A DNA stretch of 64,000 nt from Bacteroidales bacterium (GCA_038249855.1 JBBSCW010000001.1:3341-67340); one strand, 5' to 3'. Shown: positions 30,233 through 41,275, numbered from the stretch's first letter. Notes: generated from the sequence alone by a model not told the origin. A program made the numbers and translations.

Positions 30233-33200
30233 ATGAAATTAACCCGAAATCTCTTGTTGTTGCTATTCATGTTTTCATTGAGTTTCCTGACAGCCCAATC
30301 ACAAATTACCGATTCTTTAGCACTTAATTTCAAAACACCACCTGCTTATACCAAACCTTGGGTTTATTGGTACTGGATAAGTGACCACATATCGAAAGAT
30401 GGAATTACAAAAGATTTAGAAGCCATGGCTAAAGTTGGCATTGGCGAAGCTTTAATCGGTAATATAGACGTTATTAAAGAAAAAGGAAGTGTGAAAGCAC
30501 TCACTGAAGACTGGTGGCAAATGATTGATCATGCCATTCGGGAAGGAAAACGAACCGGAGTAAACATAGGCGTTTTCAATTCGCCGGGATGGAGTCAGTC
30601 TGGTGGTCCGTGGAACAAGCCAGAAAATGCAATGCGTTACCTCAATATGTCCGAAATTCGGGTGAAAGGGCCAATGAAATTTTCCGCTAAATTGCCTCAA
30701 CCAAGTTCTCAGTTTCAGGATGTGGCAGTTTTGGCATTCCTTGCGCCGCTCAATGATGCTGATTTCTTATCATCATCCAACTCAAAAATCCGTTGCAATC
30801 CCGAAATAAAGGATGCTGGTAGTTGGTTTGACGGAAATCAATCAACTGAAGTCTTCATGCCGAATTTGTCATCGAAATCAGTTACAATTGATTTTGAACA
30901 AGCTGTGGATTATACGGTTCGAAGTATTACCTTTTATCCCTCAAAAACCTCATTTAATGTAACATGTGAAATTCAGAGTAAAGAAAGCGATGGAACTTTT
31001 AAAACGATTAAAATAATAAAAATTGAACGTACAAACAATAATACCAATGTTGGATTTTTACCTTTTGCCCCTGTGTGTGAAACTTTTTCGGCTACAACAT
31101 CCAAACAATTTCGGATTGTGTTCAGTTCGATAGGTGGAAAAGCAGGATTTACCGAAATTGCCCTGTCGGGTGCTGCACGCACCGAGCGATTTGTAGAAAA
31201 ACAACTTGCTAAACTATGGCCGACGTCTGCACCACTATGGGATGCTTATTTGTGGAAAAAGCCGGCTGAGATTGATTTAAATACACTGGCAGTCAATCTT
31301 CAAAAAGAGTTGAACATCACTTCCAAAATGAAAAGCGACGGAACACTGGAATGGAATGTGCCAGAAGGCGAATGGATTATTGAACGAATTGGAATGACAC
31401 CAACCGGACAGAAAAATACACCTGCTTCGAAAGAAGCTACCGGTTTGGAGATTGACAAGATGAACCGAAAATATGTGGCGGAACATTTTGATGCGTATAT
31501 TGGTCAGATTCTCAGAAGATTGCCTGAGTCAGACCGTTCTGCCTTTAAGCATATTGTAGCCGACAGTTATGAAACTGGTGCTCAAAACTGGACGGACGGG
31601 CTTTCTGCTGATTTTTTGAAACATTACGGTTACGACCCTATTCCATGGCTTCCGGTACTCTCTGGCAGAGTGGTTGGAAATGCCGATTTGTCTGAACGTT
31701 TTTTATGGGATCTGCGTCGAATGATTGCCGACCGTATTTCGTACGATTACGTGGGTGGTTTGCGCGAATCGGCGAATAAAAACGGGTTGAAACTTTGGCT
31801 AGAAAATTACGGTCACTGGGGCTATCCGGGTGAATTTTTGCAATATGGTGGGCAGAGCGATGAAATTGGAGGCGAATTTTGGACTCATGACGATTTGGCA
31901 GGAATTGAACCTCGTGCCGCATCTTCTGCCGCTCATACTTATGGTAAAAATGTGGTACATTGCGAGGCATTCACTTCGTTTGGTCCCATGTGGAAATTTG
32001 ACCCATGGAGTTTAAAAAAGCGTGGCGATTGGGCTGCAACTCAGGGCATAAACCACTTTGTTCTTCACGTTTATATTCATCAACCAGACACTGATAAAAT
32101 TCCTGGAATTAATGCTTGGTTTGGCGTAGAATTCAATCGTCATAACACCTGGTTTTTTCAATCGAAAGAATGGATTGACTATTTGCGACGAACACATTAT
32201 TTGCTTCAACAAGGTAAATACGTTGCCGATGTGGCTTATTTCATTGGTGAAGATGCCCCCAAAATGACAGGAATTCGTAGCCCACAATTGCCCGAAGGGT
32301 ACAATTTTGATTACATAAATGCTGAGGTAATTGAGAAAAATTTGCAGGTAAAAAATGGGCGATTTGTTTTGCCAGATGGTATGAGCTATAAGGTTTTAGT
32401 GCTGCCACCTCTCACCACTATGCGCCCTGAATTGATTCGTAAAATTAAAGAGTTGGTAGCAGCAGGTGGAATCATTGTCGGTAATGCACCAGTATATTCA
32501 CCGAGCATGCAGAATTTCCCTTCTTGCGACAACGAAGTAAAGCAAATTGCTCAGGAGGTTTGGCAAAACTGCGATGGCGTTTCGGTTAAAATGGTGTCAT
32601 ACCAAAATGGAAAAGTTTTCAATGGAGTTGATTTAAAAACGGTTTTTGCAGAATTAAATATTAACCCCGATTTGGGAAATACAGTACCGGTACACTCTAA
32701 TTGGATACATCGTTCAACAGGCGATATGGATATTTATTACATCTCAAATCAGACAGATGCCGTTCTGAAAATGACACCTGAATTTAGAATTGAAGGTCGC
32801 CAGCCTGAATTATGGAATCCTGTAACGAAGGATCAACGTGATTTACCTGATTTCAAGTGTGAAAATGGCAAAACCATTATACCACTGGAATTTGGTCCAC
32901 GTGAATCCTATTTTATCGTTTTCCGTAAAATAGCTAAGACGAAAAATCGCAGCCTAGTTAATTTTTATCGTAAACAAACGCTTTTAAACTTAACCGGTTC
33001 ATGGAAAGTTTGTTTCGATGCCAAATGGGGTGCGCCCGATTCGGTTGTATTCGATAGTTTGCAAGACTGGACAAAACGTACTGAAGTTGGGATTAAATAT
33101 TATAGCGGAACAGCCCGTTACATCAAGCAATTCGATGCGCCAAAAGTCACCAAAAATGAGAAAATATATTTGAACTTAGGCAAGTTGAATAATCTGGCTG

Positions 33201-34138
33201 TGGTACGACTAAACGGAAAATCGCTCGGATTGGTTTGGGCAGAACCTCACTTGGTGGAAATCACACAAGTTTTAAAACGCAAAGCTAATGTACTTGAAAT
33301 TGAAATAACAAACACTTGGAACAACCGTTTGGTAGGCGATATGGGCTTGCCTGCCGACAAGTGGTTGACAAGCGCAACTACTGCACCGGTCGCTAATGCA
33401 CCACTCACACCATCTGGTTTAATTGGTCCTGTGTTAATTCAAATTGAAGACCCAAATAAATTTGTTGAAACACCTATTATTACATCTGATAAAAACCTGA
33501 TTGTAAGGCCTTCACAAGCAACAGTGACGATAACTTGCGTTACACCTGAATCGAAAATTTATTATTCATTAAATGGAACTGAACCGACTAAAAATTCAGT
33601 TCAATATCGTTCGCCTTTCGTAGTAAATGATTGTGTTAAAATAAAGGCTAAAGCTTTTTCAAATAAATTAAAAAGCAGCGATATAGGTCTTTTGGATATT
33701 GATGCGTATAATATTGAAATTAATGGCTGGAACTACGAATATTTTGAAGGAATGTGGGATAAAGTTCCAGATTTTTCGAAAGAAAAAGTGATTAAACAGG
33801 GAACAATCGGTAATTTTGATTTTGAGAAAATAAAATGTAGAGAAGACTATTTTGGAGTTCGTTTTAGTAGCCATCTCACAACTACTGAAAACGGAGAATA
33901 CACATTCTATCTTAGTTCAGACGATGGCAGTAAACTCTACATTGATGACATATTGGTGGCAGATAATGACGGTTGCCATAGTGTGACAAAGGCAACCGGA
34001 AATGTCTCGTTACTGGCAGGTACACATAAAATTAGGATTGATTATTTTGATTTTTTGAACCTTGAGAGCCTTAAATTGGAGTTCAGTCTCAACGATTCAC
34101 TTGAAAAAGAAATACCCATAAGTTGGCTAAGATATTGA
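30233..34138 (+). CDS. GH106 alpha-L-rhamnosidase with extra C-terminal Fn3/chitobiase-like and PA14 domains
   Basis: PWVYWYW, ITKDLEAM, GWSQSGGPW, DSYE, RFLWDLR, EAFT, NTWNNRLVGD; then IYYSLNGTEP and YTFYLSSDDGSKLYID..NDGCH (PA14). Confidence 0.9.
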   Translation: MKLTRNLLLLLFMFSLSFLTAQSQITDSLALNFKTPPAYTKPWVYWYWISDHISKDGITKDLEAMAKVGIGEALIGNIDVIKEKGSVKALTEDWWQMIDHAIREGKRTGVNIGVFNSPGWSQSGGPWNKPENAMRYLNMSEIRVKGPMKFSAKLPQPSSQFQDVAVLAFLAPLNDADFLSSSNSKIRCNPEIKDAGSWFDGNQSTEVFMPNLSSKSVTIDFEQAVDYTVRSITFYPSKTSFNVTCEIQSKESDGTFKTIKIIKIERTNNNTNVGFLPFAPVCETFSATTSKQFRIVFSSIGGKAGFTEIALSGAARTERFVEKQLAKLWPTSAPLWDAYLWKKPAEIDLNTLAVNLQKELNITSKMKSDGTLEWNVPEGEWIIERIGMTPTGQKNTPASKEATGLEIDKMNRKYVAEHFDAYIGQILRRLPESDRSAFKHIVADSYETGAQNWTDGLSADFLKHYGYDPIPWLPVLSGRVVGNADLSERFLWDLRRMIADRISYDYVGGLRESANKNGLKLWLENYGHWGYPGEFLQYGGQSDEIGGEFWTHDDLAGIEPRAASSAAHTYGKNVVHCEAFTSFGPMWKFDPWSLKKRGDWAATQGINHFVLHVYIHQPDTDKIPGINAWFGVEFNRHNTWFFQSKEWIDYLRRTHYLLQQGKYVADVAYFIGEDAPKMTGIRSPQLPEGYNFDYINAEVIEKNLQVKNGRFVLPDGMSYKVLVLPPLTTMRPELIRKIKELVAAGGIIVGNAPVYSPSMQNFPSCDNEVKQIAQEVWQNCDGVSVKMVSYQNGKVFNGVDLKTVFAELNINPDLGNTVPVHSNWIHRSTGDMDIYYISNQTDAVLKMTPEFRIEGRQPELWNPVTKDQRDLPDFKCENGKTIIPLEFGPRESYFIVFRKIAKTKNRSLVNFYRKQTLLNLTGSWKVCFDAKWGAPDSVVFDSLQDWTKRTEVGIKYYSGTARYIKQFDAPKVTKNEKIYLNLGKLNNLAVVRLNGKSLGLVWAEPHLVEITQVLKRKANVLEIEITNTWNNRLVGDMGLPADKWLTSATTAPVANAPLTPSGLIGPVLIQIEDPNKFVETPIITSDKNLIVRPSQATVTITCVTPESKIYYSLNGTEPTKNSVQYRSPFVVNDCVKIKAKAFSNKLKSSDIGLLDIDAYNIEINGWNYEYFEGMWDKVPDFSKEKVIKQGTIGNFDFEKIKCREDYFGVRFSSHLTTTENGEYTFYLSSDDGSKLYIDDILVADNDGCHSVTKATGNVSLLAGTHKIRIDYFDFLNLESLKLEFSLNDSLEKEIPISWLRY

Positions 34139-34206
34139 TTAACTGTGCTCAAATAATCATTAAGACTTTCACTATTTATTTCTAAAAATTGAAATAAAAT
34201 ACAACA

Positions 34207-37200
34207 ATGAAATATAAAATCACTGCCATTGGAACTTTAATATTTGTCTTTGCATGTTTATGTTTAGCATCTGTAACTATGGAGTATCCAACTAAAAAAG
34301 TGTTGATTGAACCCCAGACTCAAGATCTTGTTAATTATGCTTTTAGCAAAGATGAAAATACAAATTTAGATAATTTACGAAAAGAGTTTTTGAATCCGCC
34401 AGACTACGCTCGACCGGGAGTATATTGGTATTTTATGGATGGAAATATGTCTAAAGATGCAATTACCGCCGATTTAGAATCGATGAAAACAGTTGGTTTG
34501 GGTCATGTTCTGTTTTTGGAAGTAAATGTTGGAATTCCTCGAGGAAAAGTAGATTTTTTGAGTGAAGAATGGCAAACTTTGTTTACGTATGCAGTGAGAG
34601 AATGTGAGCGTTTAGGAATTACCATGACTCTTGGCGTTGGACCGGGTTGGACTGGTAGTGGTGGCCCATGGGTTACCGGAGCTCAATCCATGAAGCATCT
34701 TGTTTATAGTTCGGTTCAAATTTCAGGAAATGATGACTATAATACTATCTCGCTTGCTAAACCTGCTCCAATGAAACCTTATTTTGGAGAAGGTAATTTT
34801 ACTCCTGAACTCAAACAAAAATGGAGTGATTATTATGAAGATGTTACAGTGCTTGCATTCCCAACGCCAATGGTCGATTTTAAAATTGGTGATATTACCG
34901 AAAAAGCACTTTATTATCGACCTCCTTACACATCTATGCCCGGTGTAAAACCATTTTTTTCGTCTTTTGCTATGTATGATGAACCCGATAATCAAACAAA
35001 AATAGCTGTTAATCAAATTATTGATATCAGTAAATTTATGAAAGACGATGGTACATTGGAGTGGAAAGCACCTAAGGGTAATTGGACAATTATGCGATTT
35101 GGAGTGCGGAACAATGGTGCAGTTACTCGTCCAGCTCCAATTCCGGGAGTTGGATTTGAAGCTGATAAACTGGATACTACTTCCCTAAATGCACATCTAG
35201 AAAAATTCACCGGCAAATTACTACAAAAAATTGGTATCCCTGATAAAAGCCTTCAGGGTGGTTTGAAAATGCTCCACATGGATAGTTGGGAGATGGGTTC
35301 ACAAAACTGGTCTTCAAAATTCAAAGAAGAATTTCAAAAACGAAGAGGCTACGACCCACTTCCTTTTTATCCCGTATATGCTGGGTTTGTTATTGAAAGT
35401 TTGGAAAAAAGCGAACGTTTTTTGTGGGATTTGCGCCAAACAGCTCAGGAATTGGTCATAGAAAACCATGCACTTCATATAAAAAAGTATGCCAAAAAAT
35501 ATAACATGGGGTTGTCTATTGAGCCTTATGACATGAATCCTACCGCCGACATAGACTTAGGGGCAGTAGCCGATGTACCAATGTGTGAATTTTGGACGAA
35601 AGATTTTGGATATAATTCTTCATTTAGTTGCATTCAAGCTGCATCAATTGCACATATTGAAGGGAAAAAAGTTGTTGCAGCCGAATCGTTTACTGCTTAC
35701 CTCGATGCATGGAAGATTTATCCGGGCTCAATGAAAAATCAAGGCGATTGGGCATTTGCAACAGGTATTAATAAATTTTTTTATCACACCTACCAACACC
35801 AAGTTTTGCCGGATAACTTGAAACCAGGTATGACTATGGGGCCTTATGGAATCCATCACGACCGCAGTCAGACTTGGTGGCCTATGTCAGACGGTTATCA
35901 TAAATATATTTCCCGCTGCCAATATTTACTTCAACAAGGACAACCGGTTGCCGATATTCTTTACCTGACACCCGAAGGTGCCCCTCAGGTATTTCGTGCG
36001 CCAGCTTCTGCCCTCACAAATGACACATTGAATACTATAGTACTTTCTGGTCAAACAAAAGAAGATTTTTTACCCGACAGAAAAGGATTCAGTTTTGATG
36101 GATGTTCACCCTCGCAGTTATTAAAAGCAAGAGTTGTAAAAGGAAAAATAGTTTTTCCATCTGGTGCAACTTATCGAATTCTTGTATTACCATCGTGTGA
36201 AACAATGACTCCAAATTTACTCAACAAAATAGAATTATTGGTAAAAGCGGGTGCTGTAATTATTGGAAATCCACCTCGAAAATCTCCAAGTTTATCAGAT
36301 TATCCAAACTGCGATGAGCAAGTTGCTTCAAAAGCAAAACAATTGTGGGGCGAATTAGATGCTCCAGCAATTGTTTCAAAACGATTGATAGGAAAAGGTA
36401 AGATTTACTGGGGAGCAGTTTTCTCGCAAGTCAAATTTCCGGAACTTTACCCAAATTATGATTTAACAGCTTCGATATTACTCGAAATGGGACTTATTGA
36501 AGATTTTAAATCAACTGGACCAATTAGATACACGCATCAATTGAATCAAACGGGCGATGTATATTTTGTGTCCAATAAAACAAACTCCAAAACAAACAAT
36601 GTTTGTAAATTCAGAGTTGACAAAGGTCAACCCCAATTGTGGAATCCAATGACAGGAGAAGCCAGAAGACTTCCAAAATATGATATCAAAAAAGGAAAAA
36701 TTATTATTCCATTACAATTTGAGCCTTACGAAAGTTATTTTATTGTTTTTGAGCGTACAAGTAAAAATAGTTCGGCAAACTCAAAAGCAGATGAAAATTT
36801 TGCTGTGTCAGAAACATTATTCGAACTAAAAAATCCATGGAAGTTGGCTTTTGATCCAAAATGGGGTGGTCCCGAGAGTATTGTATTTGATACACTACAA
36901 GACTGGACAACAAGACATGAAGATGGAATTAAGTATTATTCCGGAATAGCAACTTATATAAATAATTTCACTCTCTCCGAAAAATTGTTTCATAATAAAT
37001 TAAACGACATTTATCTTGATTTGGGAGAAGTTAATAATCTGGCAAGAGTACGAATTAACGGAAAAGATTTAGGTGTATTATGGTCAGCTCCTTTCCGACT
37101 GAAGATTATGGATGCCTTAGTTTCAGGTGAAAATCGAATAGAGATTGATATAGCAAATCTCTGGCCTAACCGTTTAATTGGAGATGAACAAAAACCAGAT

Positions 37201-37371
37201 GATGGCATTAAAAATGGACAATGGCCTGAATGGCTTATTAATGGAACTGCACGTACCTCGGGCAGATATACGTTTACAACATATAAACATTATAAAAAAA
37301 ATGCTGTATTGCTGAAATCAGGTTTAAAAGGTCCAGTGAAGTTATTAATCATCAAGAAAAATCAACAATGA
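34207..37371 (+). CDS. GH106 alpha-L-rhamnosidase
   Basis: ARPGVYWYFMDGN, GWTGSGGPW, DSWE, PMCEFW, AESFT, NLWPNRLIGD, SGLKGPV. Confidence 0.9.
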   Translation: MKYKITAIGTLIFVFACLCLASVTMEYPTKKVLIEPQTQDLVNYAFSKDENTNLDNLRKEFLNPPDYARPGVYWYFMDGNMSKDAITADLESMKTVGLGHVLFLEVNVGIPRGKVDFLSEEWQTLFTYAVRECERLGITMTLGVGPGWTGSGGPWVTGAQSMKHLVYSSVQISGNDDYNTISLAKPAPMKPYFGEGNFTPELKQKWSDYYEDVTVLAFPTPMVDFKIGDITEKALYYRPPYTSMPGVKPFFSSFAMYDEPDNQTKIAVNQIIDISKFMKDDGTLEWKAPKGNWTIMRFGVRNNGAVTRPAPIPGVGFEADKLDTTSLNAHLEKFTGKLLQKIGIPDKSLQGGLKMLHMDSWEMGSQNWSSKFKEEFQKRRGYDPLPFYPVYAGFVIESLEKSERFLWDLRQTAQELVIENHALHIKKYAKKYNMGLSIEPYDMNPTADIDLGAVADVPMCEFWTKDFGYNSSFSCIQAASIAHIEGKKVVAAESFTAYLDAWKIYPGSMKNQGDWAFATGINKFFYHTYQHQVLPDNLKPGMTMGPYGIHHDRSQTWWPMSDGYHKYISRCQYLLQQGQPVADILYLTPEGAPQVFRAPASALTNDTLNTIVLSGQTKEDFLPDRKGFSFDGCSPSQLLKARVVKGKIVFPSGATYRILVLPSCETMTPNLLNKIELLVKAGAVIIGNPPRKSPSLSDYPNCDEQVASKAKQLWGELDAPAIVSKRLIGKGKIYWGAVFSQVKFPELYPNYDLTASILLEMGLIEDFKSTGPIRYTHQLNQTGDVYFVSNKTNSKTNNVCKFRVDKGQPQLWNPMTGEARRLPKYDIKKGKIIIPLQFEPYESYFIVFERTSKNSSANSKADENFAVSETLFELKNPWKLAFDPKWGGPESIVFDTLQDWTTRHEDGIKYYSGIATYINNFTLSEKLFHNKLNDIYLDLGEVNNLARVRINGKDLGVLWSAPFRLKIMDALVSGENRIEIDIANLWPNRLIGDEQKPDDGIKNGQWPEWLINGTARTSGRYTFTTYKHYKKNAVLLKSGLKGPVKLLIIKKNQQ

Positions 37372-38783
37372 AAACTAAGGTGGGATTATTTGGTATTGGT
37401 TTAGATACCTATTGGACACAATTCGATGGTTTGCTTAAGAATCTAACTGTATATCAGAAGCAAATTAATAAAGGAATTTCAGCTTATGGAGTTGAAGTAA
37501 TTGATGCCGGAATGGTTGACAATCCTGTGAAAGCTCGCGAAGCTGCTGACTTTCTAAAAGACAACGATGTAGAAATAGTATTTTTGTATGTTTCAACTTA
37601 TGCGCTTTCTTCAACGGTTTTACCCGTTGCTCAGAAGTTAAAATTACCGGTTATCATATTAAATCTTCAACCTGTAGCTGAATTGGATTATGAGGCATTT
37701 AACAAATTAGGCGATCGTGGAATAATGACTGGATTATGGTTAGAGCATTGTCAGTCATGTTCCGTACCTGAAATTGCTAATGTGTTTAATCGCTCAGGCA
37801 TAAAGTATGATTTTGTTACAGGATACCTTCAAGATATAGAAGCATGGCGTGAAATTGAAGCATGGACTCATGCCGCACATGTTTCCGCTGCAATGCGTAA
37901 CAATCGCATGGGAATTCTTGGGCACTACTATTCGGGGATGTTGGATGTTTATACTGATATTACCAAACAATCAGCGGTTTTTGGAACTCATTTTGAAATG
38001 CTTGAAATGTGTGAACTCAAAAAATACTACGATGAAACGACTAATGCTGAGGTTAAAACTAAGATTCAGGAGTTTAATAACACTTTCGATGTAGCATCTG
38101 AATGTGAATTATTCGAAATTGAACGTGCTGCACGTACCTCCAACGCGTTAGATAAATTGGTAAAAAACAATAATCTGGGCTCGATGGCTTATTATTACGA
38201 AGGCGTGTCGGGTAACGACTACGAAAATATTGTTACATCGATTATTGCCGGAAATACTTTGCTCACAGGTAAAAATATACCTGTTGCAGGCGAATGCGAA
38301 GTGAAGAATGCACATGCAATGAAAATAATGGCTGAGTTTGGTGCCGGAGGGTCATTCTCTGAGTTTTATTTGATGGATTTTAAAGATGATGTTGTTTTGC
38401 TTGGGCATGATGGACCTGCCCACTTTGCAATTGCCGAAGGGCGAGTTAATCTTGTTCCGCTACCAATTTTCCACGGTAAACCCGGTAAAGGTTTGTCAAT
38501 TCAAATGACAGTAAAACACGGCGAGATTACCTTATTGTCGGTGGTTGAAGGCAAAGATGGTATATTCCTGCTTGTTGCCGAAGGTGAATCTGTTACCGGA
38601 CCTATTCTCGAAATCGGAAATACAAATAGCCGTTATCGTTTCAACATTGGTGCAAAAAAGTTTATATCTGAATGGTCTAAGCAAGGACCTGCTCATCATT
38701 GTGCAATAGGTGTGGGACATATTGCTTATAAAATTCAAAAATTAGCTTTTTTACTAAATATACCCGTTGTTACAATTTGCTAA
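37368..38783 (+). CDS. L-fucose/L-arabinose isomerase family protein (cytoplasmic)
   Basis: GMLDVY, PVAGECE, FSEFY, LGHDGP, GPAHHCAIGVGH; ATG overlaps the upstream TGA. Confidence 0.85.
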   Translation: MKTKVGLFGIGLDTYWTQFDGLLKNLTVYQKQINKGISAYGVEVIDAGMVDNPVKAREAADFLKDNDVEIVFLYVSTYALSSTVLPVAQKLKLPVIILNLQPVAELDYEAFNKLGDRGIMTGLWLEHCQSCSVPEIANVFNRSGIKYDFVTGYLQDIEAWREIEAWTHAAHVSAAMRNNRMGILGHYYSGMLDVYTDITKQSAVFGTHFEMLEMCELKKYYDETTNAEVKTKIQEFNNTFDVASECELFEIERAARTSNALDKLVKNNNLGSMAYYYEGVSGNDYENIVTSIIAGNTLLTGKNIPVAGECEVKNAHAMKIMAEFGAGGSFSEFYLMDFKDDVVLLGHDGPAHFAIAEGRVNLVPLPIFHGKPGKGLSIQMTVKHGEITLLSVVEGKDGIFLLVAEGESVTGPILEIGNTNSRYRFNIGAKKFISEWSKQGPAHHCAIGVGHIAYKIQKLAFLLNIPVVTIC

Positions 38784-38875
38784 ATAGCAATTGTTGTGAC
38801 AATTAATCAGAATTCACTGAACATAAAACATTTGTTTATATAAAGCAATAAATTAAAATAATTGTAAATTAACCC

Positions 38876-41275
38876 ATGAAAAAACAATTCAAAACTCAAA
38901 TTATCATTGCATTATGCTTGGTAAGTCATGTAGCCTTTGGCACATTTGTAAAAACAAAAACTCTTGTCAATAAAGGCAACAATTCAGAAACCTTCCAATC
39001 ATTTACATTTGATGGTGCATGGTGCTGGTTTTCAGATCCAAGAGCTGTATATCATGAAGGCAACTACAAAAAAACCTATACGGGTTGGATGGATAGTTAT
39101 GGAAATGTAATGGTAGCCAGTTATGATCATACAACAGGGAAGATTCAAACACAGAAGATTTTTAGTAATTTTGAAATAGATGATCATGACTGTCCTGCAA
39201 TTTTGATTGACAAAAAAGGTTACATTAAGGTTTTTTTTAGCAAACATAATACGAAAGAGCCGATTCATATTATGACTTCGAAAAATCCGGAAGATATTAC
39301 GAAGTGGAATACTGAGAAATTATTAGAATTAAATGACACTCAAAAATACCCTAATCTAAGAAATTCTTATACGTACTGCAATCCGATTCAACTTACCGCC
39401 GAGAACAATAAAATATTCCTTTTCTGGCGTGGAATTGATGGAAAACCAACATTTTCAACCTCAACTGATAATGGTGAGAATTGGTCGACTGGTAAAATCT
39501 ATGTTTTGCCAGAACAAATTTACAAATTCAGAAGACCTTATGTCAAAGTTTACTCCAATGGAAAAGATAAAATCCATATTCTTTTCACGGATGGTCATCC
39601 ACGCGACGAGAAACAAAATAGCGTTTATTATATGTACTACAGCAATGGTGCATTTTACAAAGCAGATGGAACAAAAATTAAAAATATAACAGACGAAGCA
39701 GTTACACCAATTGAAGCGGATGTAGTTTATGATGGGAAAATTTCGAATGTAAAAGCCTGGGTTTGGGATATTGCCGAAGACATTGCAGGAAATCCAGTGA
39801 TAGCTTATAATAAGTTTCCAACCGATACTACCCATATTTATTGCTATGCTAACTGGACGGGAAAAAAATGGAACAACTTCGACTTAGTAAATTCGGGTAA
39901 ATGGTTTCCTAAAACGCCAAAAGGAACAGTAGAAGGAGAACCTAACTATTCTGGCGGAATGATTATCGACAAAGAAACCCCTAATACACTTTACCTTTCA
40001 ATAGACCGAAAAGGAGTTTTTGAAATTGAAAAATGGACAATAAATTCCAGAAATAATTGGGAAGTTGAAAGTATTACAAAAAACTCAAAAAAAGATAATG
40101 TACGTCCTTATGCAATTGTTGGTGCAAAACCAGACAATCCATTACAAGTATTGTGGATGCAAAATACTCATTACGAAAAGTATTGGGATAAATATTTGAG
40201 TTCAATAAAATGCAATCTCCCTTCACCAACAATGACAAATTCTCTTGATTCTAATCAAATTGTGGCAAAAATGTGTCAGGTAGCTGATTGGCAATTAGCT
40301 AATTTGGATAATTCAAATAAAACAGATTGGTTATGGGGCGCATATTATGTTGGTCTAACTGAATTATACAAAATTACCAATGACAATAGATATTTGTATG
40401 AACTTACGAATGTTGGTGAAGCAGCAAAATGGCAGCCAATGTCCGATATTTTCTATGCCGACCGTTTGACAATAACCGATGTGTGGGCATCGTTATATGA
40501 AATTACCAAACGTCCCGAGATGCTCGATAAAGTTAAATTTATGTTGGATGTTTATGTGAGTAGGGGTTTCAATAACATTAATTTATCAATGGATTCAAAG
40601 AAAAATCCTCAACTATATGAATGGTGGACATGGTGCGATGCGTTGTATATGGCACCTCAGGTTTTTGCTCATGTTTCAAAAATAACCAAAGACAAGACGT
40701 ATCTCAATTATATGAATACCGCTTGGTGGAAAACCTCTGATTATTTGTATTCGAAACAAGATTCTCTATTTTATCGTGATGACCGTTATTTCAGCAGAAA
40801 GTCAAAAAATGGAAAAAAAATATTTTGGGGACGTGGAAATGGATGGGTTGTAGGTGGATTGGCACGTGTGTTAGAATTAATGCCTGCTGATTATCCTGAA
40901 AAAGTGAAATATGAAACTCAATTTAAACAAATGACTGCCAAATTACTTTCCTTACAACGCACAGATGGCTTATGGACTGCCAGTTTGCTTGATCCGGAAG
41001 AATTGAGTATGAGTGAATCAAGTGCCAGTACATTTAATACTTTTGCCATTGCCTGGGGGATAAATAATGGTTTAATTGACATAAAATATAAACCAAATGT
41101 AATCAAAGCTTGGATAGCACTTTGCAATAGAGTTAATGAGCAAGGGAAACTCGGTTATGTGCAACAAGTAGGTGGAGATCCATTTCCTTTTACTGCTGAT
41201 CAATCGCATGTTTATGCTTCAGGTACCTATTTAATGGCTGGAAAAGAGATATTGAAATTGATAAAAAAGAATTAG
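38876..41275 (+). CDS. Fusion of a BNR-repeat beta-propeller (BNR_4-like) and GH105 unsaturated uronyl hydrolase
   Basis: N-part: GAWCWFSDPR, DDHDCP, YTYCNP, Asp-box STDNGENW, RPYVK, DGHP. C-part: VADWQL, WWTWCDALYMAP, FWGRGNGW, ESSAS. Confidence 0.85.
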   Translation: MKKQFKTQIIIALCLVSHVAFGTFVKTKTLVNKGNNSETFQSFTFDGAWCWFSDPRAVYHEGNYKKTYTGWMDSYGNVMVASYDHTTGKIQTQKIFSNFEIDDHDCPAILIDKKGYIKVFFSKHNTKEPIHIMTSKNPEDITKWNTEKLLELNDTQKYPNLRNSYTYCNPIQLTAENNKIFLFWRGIDGKPTFSTSTDNGENWSTGKIYVLPEQIYKFRRPYVKVYSNGKDKIHILFTDGHPRDEKQNSVYYMYYSNGAFYKADGTKIKNITDEAVTPIEADVVYDGKISNVKAWVWDIAEDIAGNPVIAYNKFPTDTTHIYCYANWTGKKWNNFDLVNSGKWFPKTPKGTVEGEPNYSGGMIIDKETPNTLYLSIDRKGVFEIEKWTINSRNNWEVESITKNSKKDNVRPYAIVGAKPDNPLQVLWMQNTHYEKYWDKYLSSIKCNLPSPTMTNSLDSNQIVAKMCQVADWQLANLDNSNKTDWLWGAYYVGLTELYKITNDNRYLYELTNVGEAAKWQPMSDIFYADRLTITDVWASLYEITKRPEMLDKVKFMLDVYVSRGFNNINLSMDSKKNPQLYEWWTWCDALYMAPQVFAHVSKITKDKTYLNYMNTAWWKTSDYLYSKQDSLFYRDDRYFSRKSKNGKKIFWGRGNGWVVGGLARVLELMPADYPEKVKYETQFKQMTAKLLSLQRTDGLWTASLLDPEELSMSESSASTFNTFAIAWGINNGLIDIKYKPNVIKAWIALCNRVNEQGKLGYVQQVGGDPFPFTADQSHVYASGTYLMAGKEILKLIKKN

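Noticed and set aside
38768-38804. TGTTACAAT/TGTGACAAT and an AATTGT-n4-ACAATT palindrome as a fourth operator
   Set aside because: Partly inside coding sequence, 27-bp rather than 21-bp spacing, and no -7 box at the expected distance.
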